This document shows, in pieces, positions 1 to 9,067 of a DNA stretch of 35,076 bases. Each line of letters begins with the position of its first letter. Within the stretch, counting starts at the first letter, position 1. The translations under genes were made by a program, and so were the position numbers. A model generated the notes under the pieces. The model was given only the letters and a program-made list of their open reading frames with translations. It was not told the DNA's origin and made no database searches. The DNA is from a bacterium (GTDB taxonomy: Bacteria; Sysuimicrobiota; Sysuimicrobiia; Sysuimicrobiales; Humicultoraceae): contig JBGQGY010000026.1 of NCBI GenBank assembly GCA_041497675.1, positions 1-35,076 of the forward strand. The letters run 5' to 3'.

Positions 1-1309
1 CCCCGGGCCGTCCAACGATCGTCAGCTCACCGAGGAGCCGGTCCTTCGCCCGTACCGGCACTCTGATGAACGGCCTGGCGTCTCCTCCATCTGAGAACGC
101 GATCACGCCGGCGGCCACAGCCCCGCGATCGAGCTTGCCAAAGCGTTGCACATCAGCGCCTGCCGGCCCCCTGTACACCCTTGTGTCGGTCCCACCCGGA
201 GAAGCCGAGAAGATCGTGATCTCACCGCCCTCTCCGCCGATCAGATTGAGCACGTCATCGACGGTGGCCTCAAGGATCGTCCGGAGATCGAACGAGCTCG
301 TTATGGTCGACGCGATCGTGTTCAGGGCTGCGAGTTCCCGCGTCCTGCGCTCCAGTTCCGCGGTTCTGGCCGCCACCCGTTCCTCGAGCGTCCGGCTCGA
401 CAGTTCGGCCGCGGCGCGCGCGTCCTCCACGGCGGCCAGGGCCTGCTGCTGCGCAGCAAGCCTGGCCTCAGTGGCCGACGCCAGCCTGCTGGAGGCCTCC
501 AGCTCGAAGACGCGCAAGACCCGCAGCGTCAGGACCGCGATCACGATGGCGATGCCGGCTCGGAACAACTGGGGCGGCACCCCAACCACGGAGAAGAACC
601 GATCGTAGTTCAGCACCGAGGCCGGAAAGACGGGTCCCGGCGGCACCACGAGACCAGCCATCGCAGCGTTGCCGACAAACGCGATCGCCGTCCACCGGCA
701 GGCACTTGCGATCGACGGATACCCGACGCCCGCCAGCCGGCGACCCTCCATCCAGAAGCCGGCCGCGGCCAGGAGCGAGCCTGGCAGGTACATCAGGTAT
801 CGGAGCCAGATGTCGGCGAGGAGCGTCGCCGGCGCCAGCGTGGCTGGAGGCGCGCCGGGCGCGGACGGCAGCGTTGCGGCATGGCAGCGCATGCACGACG
901 CGGTGCGCGAGATTTCTTCGACCGCCGCCGGGGCGAGGTGCGGGATTACCGCCCAGTAGGCGGCCCAGGACGCCGCCAGCACGAGGGGAAGCCACCGGAC
1001 GGCGGCGATCCTGGGCCGAATGGACGCGATGACATCTGCGCCGAACTGCGCGAGCGCGAGGGTCGACGTCGCAAACAGGACCAGGCGCAGAATGCGAAGT
1101 GTCGGCACCACCGATGCCGCGGCACCCGGGCCGATGAGCCACATGTCGATCCATTCGACGCCTGCGTGAAGCAGGCCGAATGCCGCCAGGAAGTGGAGGG
1201 GACGGTTTAGGAGGAGAGTGGTGGCGCGGCGGGATTCCAGCGCGATTGCCAGGCCCATCGCAAAGAAGGCCAGACCGTAGATGAAGAAGACGAACGTGAG
1301 CCGCTCCAT
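1..1309 (-). CDS. Membrane sensor protein (about 7 TM, coiled coil, GAF), probably a histidine kinase; C-terminus runs off the window edge
   Basis: Not in the ORF track; translated manually from ATG at 1309 (GAGG upstream): MERLTFVFFIYGLAFFAMGLAIALESRR... Hydrophobic segments are followed by LEERVAARTAELERRTRELAALNTIASTITSSFDLRTILE, a typical signalling helix leading into a GAF domain. CMRCH at 881-895. Confidence 0.8.
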   Translation of the reverse strand, partial: MERLTFVFFIYGLAFFAMGLAIALESRRATTLLLNRPLHFLAAFGLLHAGVEWIDMWLIGPGAAASVVPTLRILRLVLFATSTLALAQFGADVIASIRPRIAAVRWLPLVLAASWAAYWAVIPHLAPAAVEEISRTASCMRCHAATLPSAPGAPPATLAPATLLADIWLRYLMYLPGSLLAAAGFWMEGRRLAGVGYPSIASACRWTAIAFVGNAAMAGLVVPPGPVFPASVLNYDRFFSVVGVPPQLFRAGIAIVIAVLTLRVLRVFELEASSRLASATEARLAAQQQALAAVEDARAAAELSSRTLEERVAARTAELERRTRELAALNTIASTITSSFDLRTILEATVDDVLNLIGGEGGEITIFSASPGGTDTRVYRGPAGADVQRFGKLDRGAVAAGVIAFSDGGDARPFIRVPVRAKDRLLGELTIVGRPG

Positions 1310-1415
1310 GTCCTCTTCGTTTCATCCCTTCCCGGGGGCAGCCGGATATCGGCATCCGACCGCATCGCGAGGACGATGGTAGGGTTTCGGTCCGGGACGG
1401 GGAAAACCATGTCCC

Positions 1416-2276
1416 GTGGCTGGTGTTCGACGCATCGTTGGGTGGCTCCGATCCCTACCCGCCCGAGTCCGGATGTTGCCGCGGCCTGTGGCGGTGGCCG
1501 GGGGCGTTGTCATTGCCGCCGTTCTTCTGGTGACTACCGTCTGGCTGGCGCGCGGCTACAACTACGTGATGAACAACCCGGCATTTTGCCGCTCGTGCCA
1601 CACGATGGAAGAGGCATGGACCCGCTGGCAAACCAGCGAACACCGGACGGTGGGCTGCCACAGCTGCCATGAATCCGACATGGTGGCGAGCGCCCGGCAG
1701 GTCATCACCTTCGTCATCCGGCAGCCCAAACGGGTCGGCAAGCATGCTGTCGTCCCCAAGGCCGTCTGCGCCCAGTGTCACGAGAGCGGCAACTCGAAAT
1801 GGCGGCAGGTGGCCGAGACGGCCGGCCACAAGGTCCACGAGAGGGACCGCAAGATCGAGTGCGTCGTCTGCCACACGCCGGGCATCCACCGCTTCACGCC
1901 GCCCGTGACAGTCTGCGGCACCTGCCACGTTGCGCAGACGCGGGGCGAGCGGGTTATCAAGATCAAGGCGATGGCGGATCAACACTGCACCGACTGTCAT
2001 GGGTTCCTGCGCACGAATAGCCCGCTGCGGCCGACGCGGCAGAGCTGTCTGGAGTGCCACCGGCTGATCCCCAGCCAGGTGGGTCTGTGGCCACCGGGCG
2101 CGCCCATGCAGTTCCCCTGCGGTCAGTGTCACAAGCCGCACGAACAGGCCAAGCCGGTAGTCGTGTGCACGTCGTGCCACGAGAAGCCGCGCGCGGATAT
2201 GCATCCGGTCGCGATGCTGCAGACGACGAAGTGCACGACCTGCCACATCCCGCATCGCTGGAAATTCGGCCAGTAG
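1416..2276 (+). CDS. Membrane-anchored decaheme cytochrome c with NapC/NrfH-like N-terminus
   Basis: One N-terminal TM and 10 CxxCH motifs (CRSCH, CHSCH, CAQCH, CVVCH, CGTCH, CTDCH, CLECH, CGQCH, CTSCH, CTTCH); first is CxxCHxM. Start could be ATG 1473. Confidence 0.92.
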   Translation: MAGVRRIVGWLRSLPARVRMLPRPVAVAGGVVIAAVLLVTTVWLARGYNYVMNNPAFCRSCHTMEEAWTRWQTSEHRTVGCHSCHESDMVASARQVITFVIRQPKRVGKHAVVPKAVCAQCHESGNSKWRQVAETAGHKVHERDRKIECVVCHTPGIHRFTPPVTVCGTCHVAQTRGERVIKIKAMADQHCTDCHGFLRTNSPLRPTRQSCLECHRLIPSQVGLWPPGAPMQFPCGQCHKPHEQAKPVVVCTSCHEKPRADMHPVAMLQTTKCTTCHIPHRWKFGQ

Positions 2277-2287
2277 CGATCGTCCGG

Positions 2288-3196
2288 CTAGGAGCCCCGG
2301 ATGGCGGCCCAGGCCAGGCCGGCGATCAGGAGCGCGGCCAGGGCCCCGGCCGCCGCGGGCGCGAGCCACAGGCGCCGGCCGGGGACGCCGATGACGGCGA
2401 TGGCGAAGTCGCCCGCCGCGACGTTGCTGCCGAAGGCGCGAGTGTAGGTCTGGCCCTCATCCGTGGTGACTGTCGGCAGCGGCCGCAGTAGAGCGGCGCG
2501 CACCTCGGCCGGCGCGCTCACGAAGACCTCGAGGCGATCGAGGGCGAAGGCGAGACGGCGATCGAGGGCGATCTCGCCGCTACCAGCCACGGAATAGGCG
2601 TACCCAAGTTGATGCTCGCCCGGCCTGACGACCAGCCGGTCGACGATCCGCGCGCCCTCGACGCGGGGCTGGTGAAGACCGTCCATGAAGGTTACGTAGC
2701 GGGCGCCGCGGGGCATGGAGAACGACACGTCGCCGAGCAGCGTGCGCGAAGTGGCATTCCGCAGGTGCACGACTTCAGAGACCCGGACGTACCCGGCCTG
2801 CACATCGATAGCCAGACCCAGCAGCGTCACGCGTAGCGGCACCTGTGCCGAGACGTCGAAGACCCGCAGGACGACCTCAACCGGCGCCCCGCCGGTCACC
2901 ACGGCATGCGTCGCGTACGAGACGCCCTGGTGCTTGACTTGAAGCAGGTACCGGCCGTCGGACACTCCGTGGAACTCGAACCGACCCTGCCTGTCGCTGC
3001 GGGTCTGACCGATGCCCGAGGGTCCCTGCGCGCTGATCAGCAGGAGATCGACCGACGCATTGGGCACGGCCGCTGAAGTCGTCCCATTGCGCACCGCACC
3101 CATCACGGTGCCGCCCGAGGGCGCGGCGGTCGCGAGATCGCCGGATCCGTACACGAGGAGCAACAGCATCCCGATGATGGGCAGCGCCCGCTTCAT
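2288..3196 (-). CDS. Exported, C-terminally anchored protein with carboxypeptidase-regulatory-like (beta-sandwich) domain; putative cytochrome c maturation accessory
   Basis: Signal peptide, GTVMGAVRNGT...TRSDRQGRFEF..V..GRY pattern, C-terminal TM; ATGA-coupled to the upstream gene in the ccm run. Confidence 0.65.
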   Translation of the reverse strand: MKRALPIIGMLLLLVYGSGDLATAAPSGGTVMGAVRNGTTSAAVPNASVDLLLISAQGPSGIGQTRSDRQGRFEFHGVSDGRYLLQVKHQGVSYATHAVVTGGAPVEVVLRVFDVSAQVPLRVTLLGLAIDVQAGYVRVSEVVHLRNATSRTLLGDVSFSMPRGARYVTFMDGLHQPRVEGARIVDRLVVRPGEHQLGYAYSVAGSGEIALDRRLAFALDRLEVFVSAPAEVRAALLRPLPTVTTDEGQTYTRAFGSNVAAGDFAIAVIGVPGRRLWLAPAAAGALAALLIAGLAWAAIRGS

Positions 3197-3462
3197 TCCT
3201 GACGCTCCAATGCGGCCAGCTGCCGCATGATGGCCGCCGCCTCGGCTTCCTGCGTCGCCCGCAGGTCTCGGTAGTCGTCTTCAGACATCTTGCCGGTAGC
3301 CCAATCGAGGTCCAGATCCTTGATGGCGCGCAGCGCCGTGTCACGCGCCAGATCGAGTGAGGTTCGCGGATCGGCTTCGCGAAGCGGAGACCTGCGGAAC
3401 GCGGGCAGGAGCAGGTAGACCGCGGCCAGCACCGCGACCGCAAAGAACATTGCCTCGATCAT
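3193..3462 (-). CDS. Small CcmI/CycH N-terminal-like membrane protein (89 aa)
   Basis: MIEAMFFAVAVLAAVYLLLP...RAIKDLDLDWATGKMSEDDYRDLR; the DL..D...G.(I/M)S..DY..L pattern resembles the CcmI N-terminus. ATG overlaps the ccmF stop. Confidence 0.65.
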   Translation of the reverse strand: MIEAMFFAVAVLAAVYLLLPAFRRSPLREADPRTSLDLARDTALRAIKDLDLDWATGKMSEDDYRDLRATQEAEAAAIMRQLAALERQE

Positions 3463-5426
3463 GACCCGCCTGGAGAGCCCCCGGCGGGGGCCCGGCGCCG
3501 CCATGTCTCGGGAAGGACCGCGAGCATCACGCCGATCGCGATGATCGCGCCGCCCGCCCACAGCCACGAGACCAGCGGATGAATGAGTACGCGGATCAGG
3601 GCCCGCCCGTCCTCGGTCCACTCGGAGAGAATGATGTAGAGATCTTCGCGAAGCGACGAGCGGATCGCCACCTGGTGCATCGCTTGTTCCTGCGTGCGGT
3701 AAAATAACCGCTGCGGCCTGAAGACTCCGAGCGGCCTGGTCCCGCCCCATACTCGGAGCGTGGCCTCGGTGATGTCGATCCCGGGCACCGACGTGGAACT
3801 CAGGCCCTCGTACTCGATAGTGTACATCCCCACCCGGAAGCGTTCGCCAGGACGCAACATGGCCTGCGACTGCGTCGCGAAGGCGCTGCTGCCCGTAATG
3901 CCAACAAGCATGACCAGGATGCCAAAATGCACCGTGTAACCGCCGTAGCGGCGGCGATTCCGGGTGACCAGATGCACGAACGCCTGGATCGGCCCCTCGC
4001 CCCGGCGCAACCGCACCCCGGTCCCCCTGACGGCCTCCAGCACAATCGTGCCCAAGACGAACACCGCCATGGAAAACGTCAGCAGCGCCCCAGGGGAGCG
4101 AACCCCAAGGACGGCGAGCAGCACGGCGACCAGGACCCCGGCCGCCGCGGGCGTGGTGAAGTTCCGGCCAAGCTGCTCGAGGGTCGTATGCCGCCAGGGC
4201 AGCAGTGGTCCGATGCCCATGAGCAACAGAATCCCGACCGTGATCGGAACCATCACGACGTTGAAATACGGGGGGCCGACGTTAATCTTGACCCCGCTGA
4301 AGACTTCGGTGAGCGCCGGGAAGATCGTGCCCAAGAAGACCACCACCGCGGCCACGACGAAGAGCAGATTGTTGGCCAAAAACGCCGCCTCCCGGCTGAT
4401 GACCGATTCCACCGTGCCGCGGCTCTTGAGCGTATTCCATCGCCAGGCGAGCAGGGCGAACGATCCGATCAACAGCAGGGCCAGGAATGCGAGGAAGAAG
4501 TATCCGATCGGCGACTGTGCGAACGCGTGGATCGAAGACAGGACTCCGCTGCGGACCAGGAACGTGCCGAAAATCGTCAGGGCAAACGTGATCAGCACCA
4601 GCGCCACGTTCCAGGTGATCAGCATGCCGCGGCGTTCCTGAATTTGGATCGAATGCAGGAAGGCCGTGGCGGTCAACCAGGGCATGAAGGCGGCGTTCTC
4701 CACCGGATCCCAGGCCCAATACCCGCCCCAGCCGAGGACCACGTACGACCACTTCGCCCCAAACAGCAGGCCGAGGGTGAGAAACATCCATGCGACCACG
4801 ACCCAGCGCCGCGCCAGCATGATCCAGGTTTCGTCGAGCCGGCCGGTGACCATGGCCGCGACGGCCACCGCGAACGGCATGCTCATCCCCACAAACCCCA
4901 GGTAGAGCGTCGGCGGATGCACGGACATCCAGGGATTCCGAAGCAACGGGTTGAGGCCCTGGCCGTCGGGCGGCGGCGGGATGAGCGGGGTGAATGGGTT
5001 GCTCGCTGTGGCCAGGAGCAGTGAGAAGAATGCGGCGATCAAAAATAGTGTTGCCGTCGCCGGACCCTGGAGGTCGGGGTAGTGCCGGAGGCTGCGGACG
5101 CCGAGCACCATATAGCCCGCGAGGATGAGCGCCCAGAGCAACAGCGCCCCGTCGTGCCCGCCCCAGAACGCCGCGAACGTGTAGAACGGCGACTGGGTAG
5201 ACTCACTGGCGGCGGCCACGAAGCGGATCGAGAAATCTCTGGTTAGGAAGGCGGTGAAGAGCGCGGCGGCAGCCAGGACCATCAGGAGCGCCCAGATCGT
5301 CACCGATCGACGGCCCGACTCGAGGAAACCGCCGTGTTGCCAGCGGATGCCCAGCACCGTGACGAAGAGACCGTAGAAGGCTACGACCGCCCCGGCCATG
5401 AGCGCGAAGCGGCCGATCTCACCCAC
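3459..5426 (-). CDS. ccmF: Cytochrome c heme lyase CcmF
   Basis: HPPTLYLG, WGGYWAWDPVENA (WWD motif), VRSGVLSSIHAF, HFG; many TMs. Confidence 0.97.
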   Translation of the reverse strand: MGEIGRFALMAGAVVAFYGLFVTVLGIRWQHGGFLESGRRSVTIWALLMVLAAAALFTAFLTRDFSIRFVAAASESTQSPFYTFAAFWGGHDGALLLWALILAGYMVLGVRSLRHYPDLQGPATATLFLIAAFFSLLLATASNPFTPLIPPPPDGQGLNPLLRNPWMSVHPPTLYLGFVGMSMPFAVAVAAMVTGRLDETWIMLARRWVVVAWMFLTLGLLFGAKWSYVVLGWGGYWAWDPVENAAFMPWLTATAFLHSIQIQERRGMLITWNVALVLITFALTIFGTFLVRSGVLSSIHAFAQSPIGYFFLAFLALLLIGSFALLAWRWNTLKSRGTVESVISREAAFLANNLLFVVAAVVVFLGTIFPALTEVFSGVKINVGPPYFNVVMVPITVGILLLMGIGPLLPWRHTTLEQLGRNFTTPAAAGVLVAVLLAVLGVRSPGALLTFSMAVFVLGTIVLEAVRGTGVRLRRGEGPIQAFVHLVTRNRRRYGGYTVHFGILVMLVGITGSSAFATQSQAMLRPGERFRVGMYTIEYEGLSSTSVPGIDITEATLRVWGGTRPLGVFRPQRLFYRTQEQAMHQVAIRSSLREDLYIILSEWTEDGRALIRVLIHPLVSWLWAGGAIIAIGVMLAVLPETWRRRAPAGGSPGGS

Positions 5427-5461
5427 GGCCCGGTCCTCCGCCTACCTCTGGGATCATCGCG

Positions 5462-5854
5462 TCAGCGTTCGGGGTGCTTTTCTTTGTACTCCGGCGGGTG
5501 CGTCGAGATCACCTGCTCTGCGACCAGGACGTCCTGCGAGTCCATACGGCCCTCGACGAGTACCATTCGACCTTCCGCGAACAGGTCAGGCAGCTGGCCG
5601 GCAAACCACACGCGGTAGCGCGTCGTCTCGTCGGCGATCGCGAAGCGCACGCGGCCTTCCGACTTCTCCACCGATCCGGGCACGACATTTCCAGCCATAC
5701 GGATCTTGTTGTGAGACAGCTCGGGCCGGTCCCTGAACTCGGTCGGCGTCAGATAGTACACCATCGAAGAACGGACGCCCTGGTAGGCGACGAAGCCGAG
5801 GGCCAGGATGACGACCGCCGAACTGATCAGCAGTTTACGTTTCGTGGTGCTCAT
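5462..5854 (-). CDS. ccmE: Heme chaperone CcmE
   Basis: N-terminal TM, YYLTPTE, G.VVPGS, LPDLFAEG, heme-binding HPPEY (HxxxY). Confidence 0.93.
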   Translation of the reverse strand: MSTTKRKLLISSAVVILALGFVAYQGVRSSMVYYLTPTEFRDRPELSHNKIRMAGNVVPGSVEKSEGRVRFAIADETTRYRVWFAGQLPDLFAEGRMVLVEGRMDSQDVLVAEQVISTHPPEYKEKHPER

Positions 5855-5982
5855 GGCCGTCCCTGGTCCGGGCGGACGGCATCGGCCAGTTCGGCGATGA
5901 GTCGCTGGCGGCCGATCAACGTCAGCGCGTACCCGACGAAGAGCGCGGCGACGACCAGGTAGGCCGCGGCAACAAACCCCAT
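5851..5982 (-). CDS. ccmD: Heme exporter protein D-like (43 aa)
   Basis: MGFVAAAYLVVAALFVGYALTLIGRQRL...: single TM with AY and a basic tail; lies between ccmC and ccmE, and its stop overlaps the ccmE ATG. Confidence 0.75.
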   Translation of the reverse strand: MGFVAAAYLVVAALFVGYALTLIGRQRLIAELADAVRPDQGRP

Positions 5983-5987
5983 CGGCG

Positions 5988-6656
5988 CTATCCGTCCTCC
6001 AGGGCCTGCACCAGCGCGCTCAACGTCCGCTCCTGGCGCACCCGCACCGTGAGAAGCGCCACGAACATGACCAGGAAAGCCACGATGTTGACCACCAGGG
6101 GGGCGAGCATGCTGGCGGGCAGTGCGGGACCCTCGGGCCGGAAGACCGTCGGCTGCGGGTGCAGCGTCCGCAGCAGAATTGCCGACCAGTGAATGAGCGG
6201 GATGTCCAGCACGCCGACGATGCCGATGACCGCTGCGGCCCGGGCCCCCCGCGAGCCCGGCGCCCATGCACGCACGATCAGATAGCCGACGTAGATGAAC
6301 CAGAGGATGAGCGTCGTCGTCAAGCGCGCGTCCCATGTCCACCAGGTTCCCCACACCGGTTTGCCCCAGATGGCGCCGGAGAGGAGCGTCATCGTGATGA
6401 ACAGGACCGCCAGTTCCGCCGCGGAGTGGGCCAGGCGGTCCATGCGGGCGTCGCGCCGCCAGAGGAAGAGCACGCTCCCGACAAAGACGACGGCCAGGGC
6501 GGCATACGCCGTCATCACGCTCGGCACGTGCACATACATGATGCGCTGCGGGAACCCTTGGAACACTTCGTCGGGCGCCGCCAGCAGCGCCCAAGCGGCA
6601 CCCACGAGTATGAGCAGGGTCGCAGTGATCAACAGGAGACGCGATCCGGCGGACAG
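5988..6656 (-). CDS. ccmC: Heme exporter CcmC
   Basis: RIMYVHVP, WGKPVWGTWWTWDARLTT, TLHP. Start uncertain: CTG at 6656 follows GAGGAG; TTG at 6632 is the alternative. Confidence 0.93.
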   Translation of the reverse strand: MSAGSRLLLITATLLILVGAAWALLAAPDEVFQGFPQRIMYVHVPSVMTAYAALAVVFVGSVLFLWRRDARMDRLAHSAAELAVLFITMTLLSGAIWGKPVWGTWWTWDARLTTTLILWFIYVGYLIVRAWAPGSRGARAAAVIGIVGVLDIPLIHWSAILLRTLHPQPTVFRPEGPALPASMLAPLVVNIVAFLVMFVALLTVRVRQERTLSALVQALEDG

Positions 6657-6660
6657 AGTA

Positions 6661-7308
6661 TCACTCCTCGAGTACGAAGTCGAAGAGCACAATGCTTGCG
6701 GCAACGAAAAGTATATCAAAGGCCCCCAGGAGCTGCAATTGCGCCCCGATCGCAGGCAACGACTGCCCGTCGAGGATGGCAGTGGTGGCACTGACGGCGG
6801 CGATCAGCAGCGGCAGCGTCACCGGCAACATCAGGATCGGCAACAGCGCCTCGCGCAGGCGGACCTGCGTGATGAGTCCTCCGAACAACGTGCCGACCGC
6901 CGCCAGCCCCGCGCTTCCCAGGATCATGGGCAACGCCAGCGCGCCCAGCCGCGTCCAGATCTTTTCGGTAAAGAGCGCACCGAAGATCGGGAGCGAGATC
7001 ACCTGCACCACGATAAGCATGAACCAGTTGACCAGCGCCTTCGCCGCGAAGATGGCGCCCCGATCGATCGGGGCCAGCCGCAACGCAGTCATGTGGTCAC
7101 GCTCCAGGGAGAAGGTTCTGGTGAATCCCAAGGTTGCGGCAAACGCATAGGTGACCCACATGGCCGCAGGCACGCTCTCCGGGTCGGACCTTGCCGCTCC
7201 GAGCACAATGACCAGCAGCAGCGCCAGCAGGCCCATCGTCGTGATAATCTCCCGCGTCCGCCACTCCAGCCGCAGGTCCTTGCCGACCATCAGCCACACG
7301 ATCCTCAC
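6661..7308 (-). CDS. ccmB: Heme exporter CcmB
   Basis: KDLRLEWRTRE, F..ERD, LLPILMLP..LPLLI; GTG start overlaps the ccmA stop (GTGA). Confidence 0.93.
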   Translation of the reverse strand: MRIVWLMVGKDLRLEWRTREIITTMGLLALLLVIVLGAARSDPESVPAAMWVTYAFAATLGFTRTFSLERDHMTALRLAPIDRGAIFAAKALVNWFMLIVVQVISLPIFGALFTEKIWTRLGALALPMILGSAGLAAVGTLFGGLITQVRLREALLPILMLPVTLPLLIAAVSATTAILDGQSLPAIGAQLQLLGAFDILFVAASIVLFDFVLEE

Positions 7309-8072
7309 GCGTGCCCCTCGCGGAACCAGGTGGCTAGGCGTCTCTCGTCGAGCCGGTCCGCCGGCACCACCTCGGTGAGCCGGCCATCCAGCAGCACGGT
7401 GATGCCGGCTGCCAGCGCGCGGGCTTCCGACAGGTCGTGGGTGGTGAACAGCACGGCCCGGCCTGCTGAGGCCGCCTCCTGCAACATCGCGGTGAGACGT
7501 TCCCTCGCGCCGAGGTCCAGACCGGTGTACGGCTCGTCCAGGCATAACAGGTCCGGGTTGTGGAGCAGTGCGCGGGCGAGGTTGACCTGCTGCCGCTGGC
7601 CCCGGGACAAGACGTGGGCCCGGCGGCCGGCCAGTGGCCGGAGCGACGCGCGGTCGAGGGTGTGCGTGACCCGCTCCTGCGGCAGGCCGTACAGGCCCGC
7701 AAAGAAGCGCAGGTTCTCTTCGACGGTCAGGCTGTCGTAGAGCAATGACTCGTGGGGCACCAGTCCTATCCGGCGCCGCAGGTCCGGCAGCGGCCCGGCC
7801 GTCGCGCCGAACAGGGAGACAGTCCCGCGAGTCGGCGGTGACAACGTGGCGACGATCCGCAGCAAGGTCGTTTTCCCCGAGCCGTTCGGCCCCAGCACCG
7901 CGACGGTCTGGCCCGCCTCCATGCGGAGCGTCGCGCCCCGTAAGATGGGTCGGTGATCATACGACTTGACGACCTCGCGCACTTCGACGGCACAGGGCGC
8001 CGTTGTCACGGCCACCAGTTCACCTCGGGCGAGCACGTTGGACGACAATGCCTTCGGCATTTCCCGCGTCAA
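7305..8072 (-). CDS. ccmA: Heme exporter ATP-binding protein CcmA
   Basis: Walker A GPNGSGKTT, LSRGQRQ signature, LDEPYTGLD, TTH; adjacent to ccmB. True start may be downstream (8060 or later). Confidence 0.9.
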   Translation of the reverse strand: MTREMPKALSSNVLARGELVAVTTAPCAVEVREVVKSYDHRPILRGATLRMEAGQTVAVLGPNGSGKTTLLRIVATLSPPTRGTVSLFGATAGPLPDLRRRIGLVPHESLLYDSLTVEENLRFFAGLYGLPQERVTHTLDRASLRPLAGRRAHVLSRGQRQQVNLARALLHNPDLLCLDEPYTGLDLGARERLTAMLQEAASAGRAVLFTTHDLSEARALAAGITVLLDGRLTEVVPADRLDERRLATWFREGHA

Positions 8073-8089
8073 CGCCTACCCGCTGGGCG

Positions 8090-8596
8090 CTAAGGCCGGC
8101 CTCGGACCAGCATCACGCCCAGCGCCGCCGCGATGAGCGACAGCAACAGGTTGATCCGCCCGATCCACGACGCCTGGCGCCGCAGGCGCCGAGTCTCCTC
8201 TGAGGCGGGATTCGCCAGCCAGGCCGCGGTGGCGCGCCGCCCGACCCACAGGTCATGCGCCAGGCTCAAGACCATGATCGTCGCGACGACCAGCAGTTTT
8301 GCAGCCAGCGTCTGACCGAAGCGGCTGTTCCAGCCCTGGGGGGTGGCGACGTCCGTCCACGCGAATCGCCGGAACGCCAAGTTGGTCACACCCGTCGCCA
8401 TGAGGACGAGCAAGCTTGCCCAGCCGATCTTGCGAAACCGCTCCCCAGCGGACCGCAGCATGGCGGGCGCGAAGGCGCGATATTCAGGCCGCCGGATCAT
8501 CGGCACCAACACGGCGGCCAGGAAGATCGTCCCGCCGATCCAGATCGACGCGGCGATAACATGCAGCCAGATGGACAGCAGGTAGAGGGCCCTCAC
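8090..8596 (-). CDS. CopD/DUF4149-like 4-TM membrane protein
   Basis: WLHVIAASIWIGG, L..TG..N, LAAKLLVV, HD.WVG patterns. Confidence 0.75.
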   Translation of the reverse strand: MRALYLLSIWLHVIAASIWIGGTIFLAAVLVPMIRRPEYRAFAPAMLRSAGERFRKIGWASLLVLMATGVTNLAFRRFAWTDVATPQGWNSRFGQTLAAKLLVVATIMVLSLAHDLWVGRRATAAWLANPASEETRRLRRQASWIGRINLLLSLIAAALGVMLVRGRP

Positions 8597-8613
8597 GGGT
8601 TACCAGCCGGGGA

Positions 8614-9063
8614 TCAGCGTAGTGGATCCAGCACGACCAGGTAGCCGATCATCGTTTCGTGGTCTGGCGAACAGGCTCCCGTCGTCGGGTCGTGAGGGAT
8701 GTAGCAGCGATACGGAAACATGCCGCCCCTTGCAGCGACGAAGCTGATGGTCTCCTGTTCCCCACCAAAGAGAATTTTGGTTCGTGCGTCATATCCGTCG
8801 ACTTGAATCGCGTGGCTGGCGAACGCTAGATTCATGACCCGTAGCCGGACCGTGTCACCCTTTCGGGCGACCACCATCTGCGGATTGTAGAAGTGATGCT
8901 CCGCCGGCGCACCGACCGCGCCAAGACCGGTGATGATGAGGGAAAGGTCTACGGTGGCTGGTGCGACCGGCTGGGGAACGGACAGTGCGTTGAAGATCAG
9001 GGCCGTGGCGCCCAGCACGACGGCAACGACTGTGGAAAGCCCGGAGATCGTCATTGGCGCCAC
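8614..9063 (-). CDS. Cupredoxin-domain protein with atypical CuA-like motif
   Basis: N-terminal hydrophobic segment, KGDTVRLRVMN...SH, then YRC-x10-C-x3-H-x2-M-IGYLVV. Confidence 0.82.
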   Translation of the reverse strand: MAPMTISGLSTVVAVVLGATALIFNALSVPQPVAPATVDLSLIITGLGAVGAPAEHHFYNPQMVVARKGDTVRLRVMNLAFASHAIQVDGYDARTKILFGGEQETISFVAARGGMFPYRCYIPHDPTTGACSPDHETMIGYLVVLDPLR

Positions 9064-9067
9064 CCCC

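Noticed and set aside
66..1355. ORF-track entries 66-608(+), 146-1210(+) and 468-1355(-)
   Set aside because: Shadow frames of the real minus-strand sensor gene starting at 1309; Arg/Pro-rich with no motifs.
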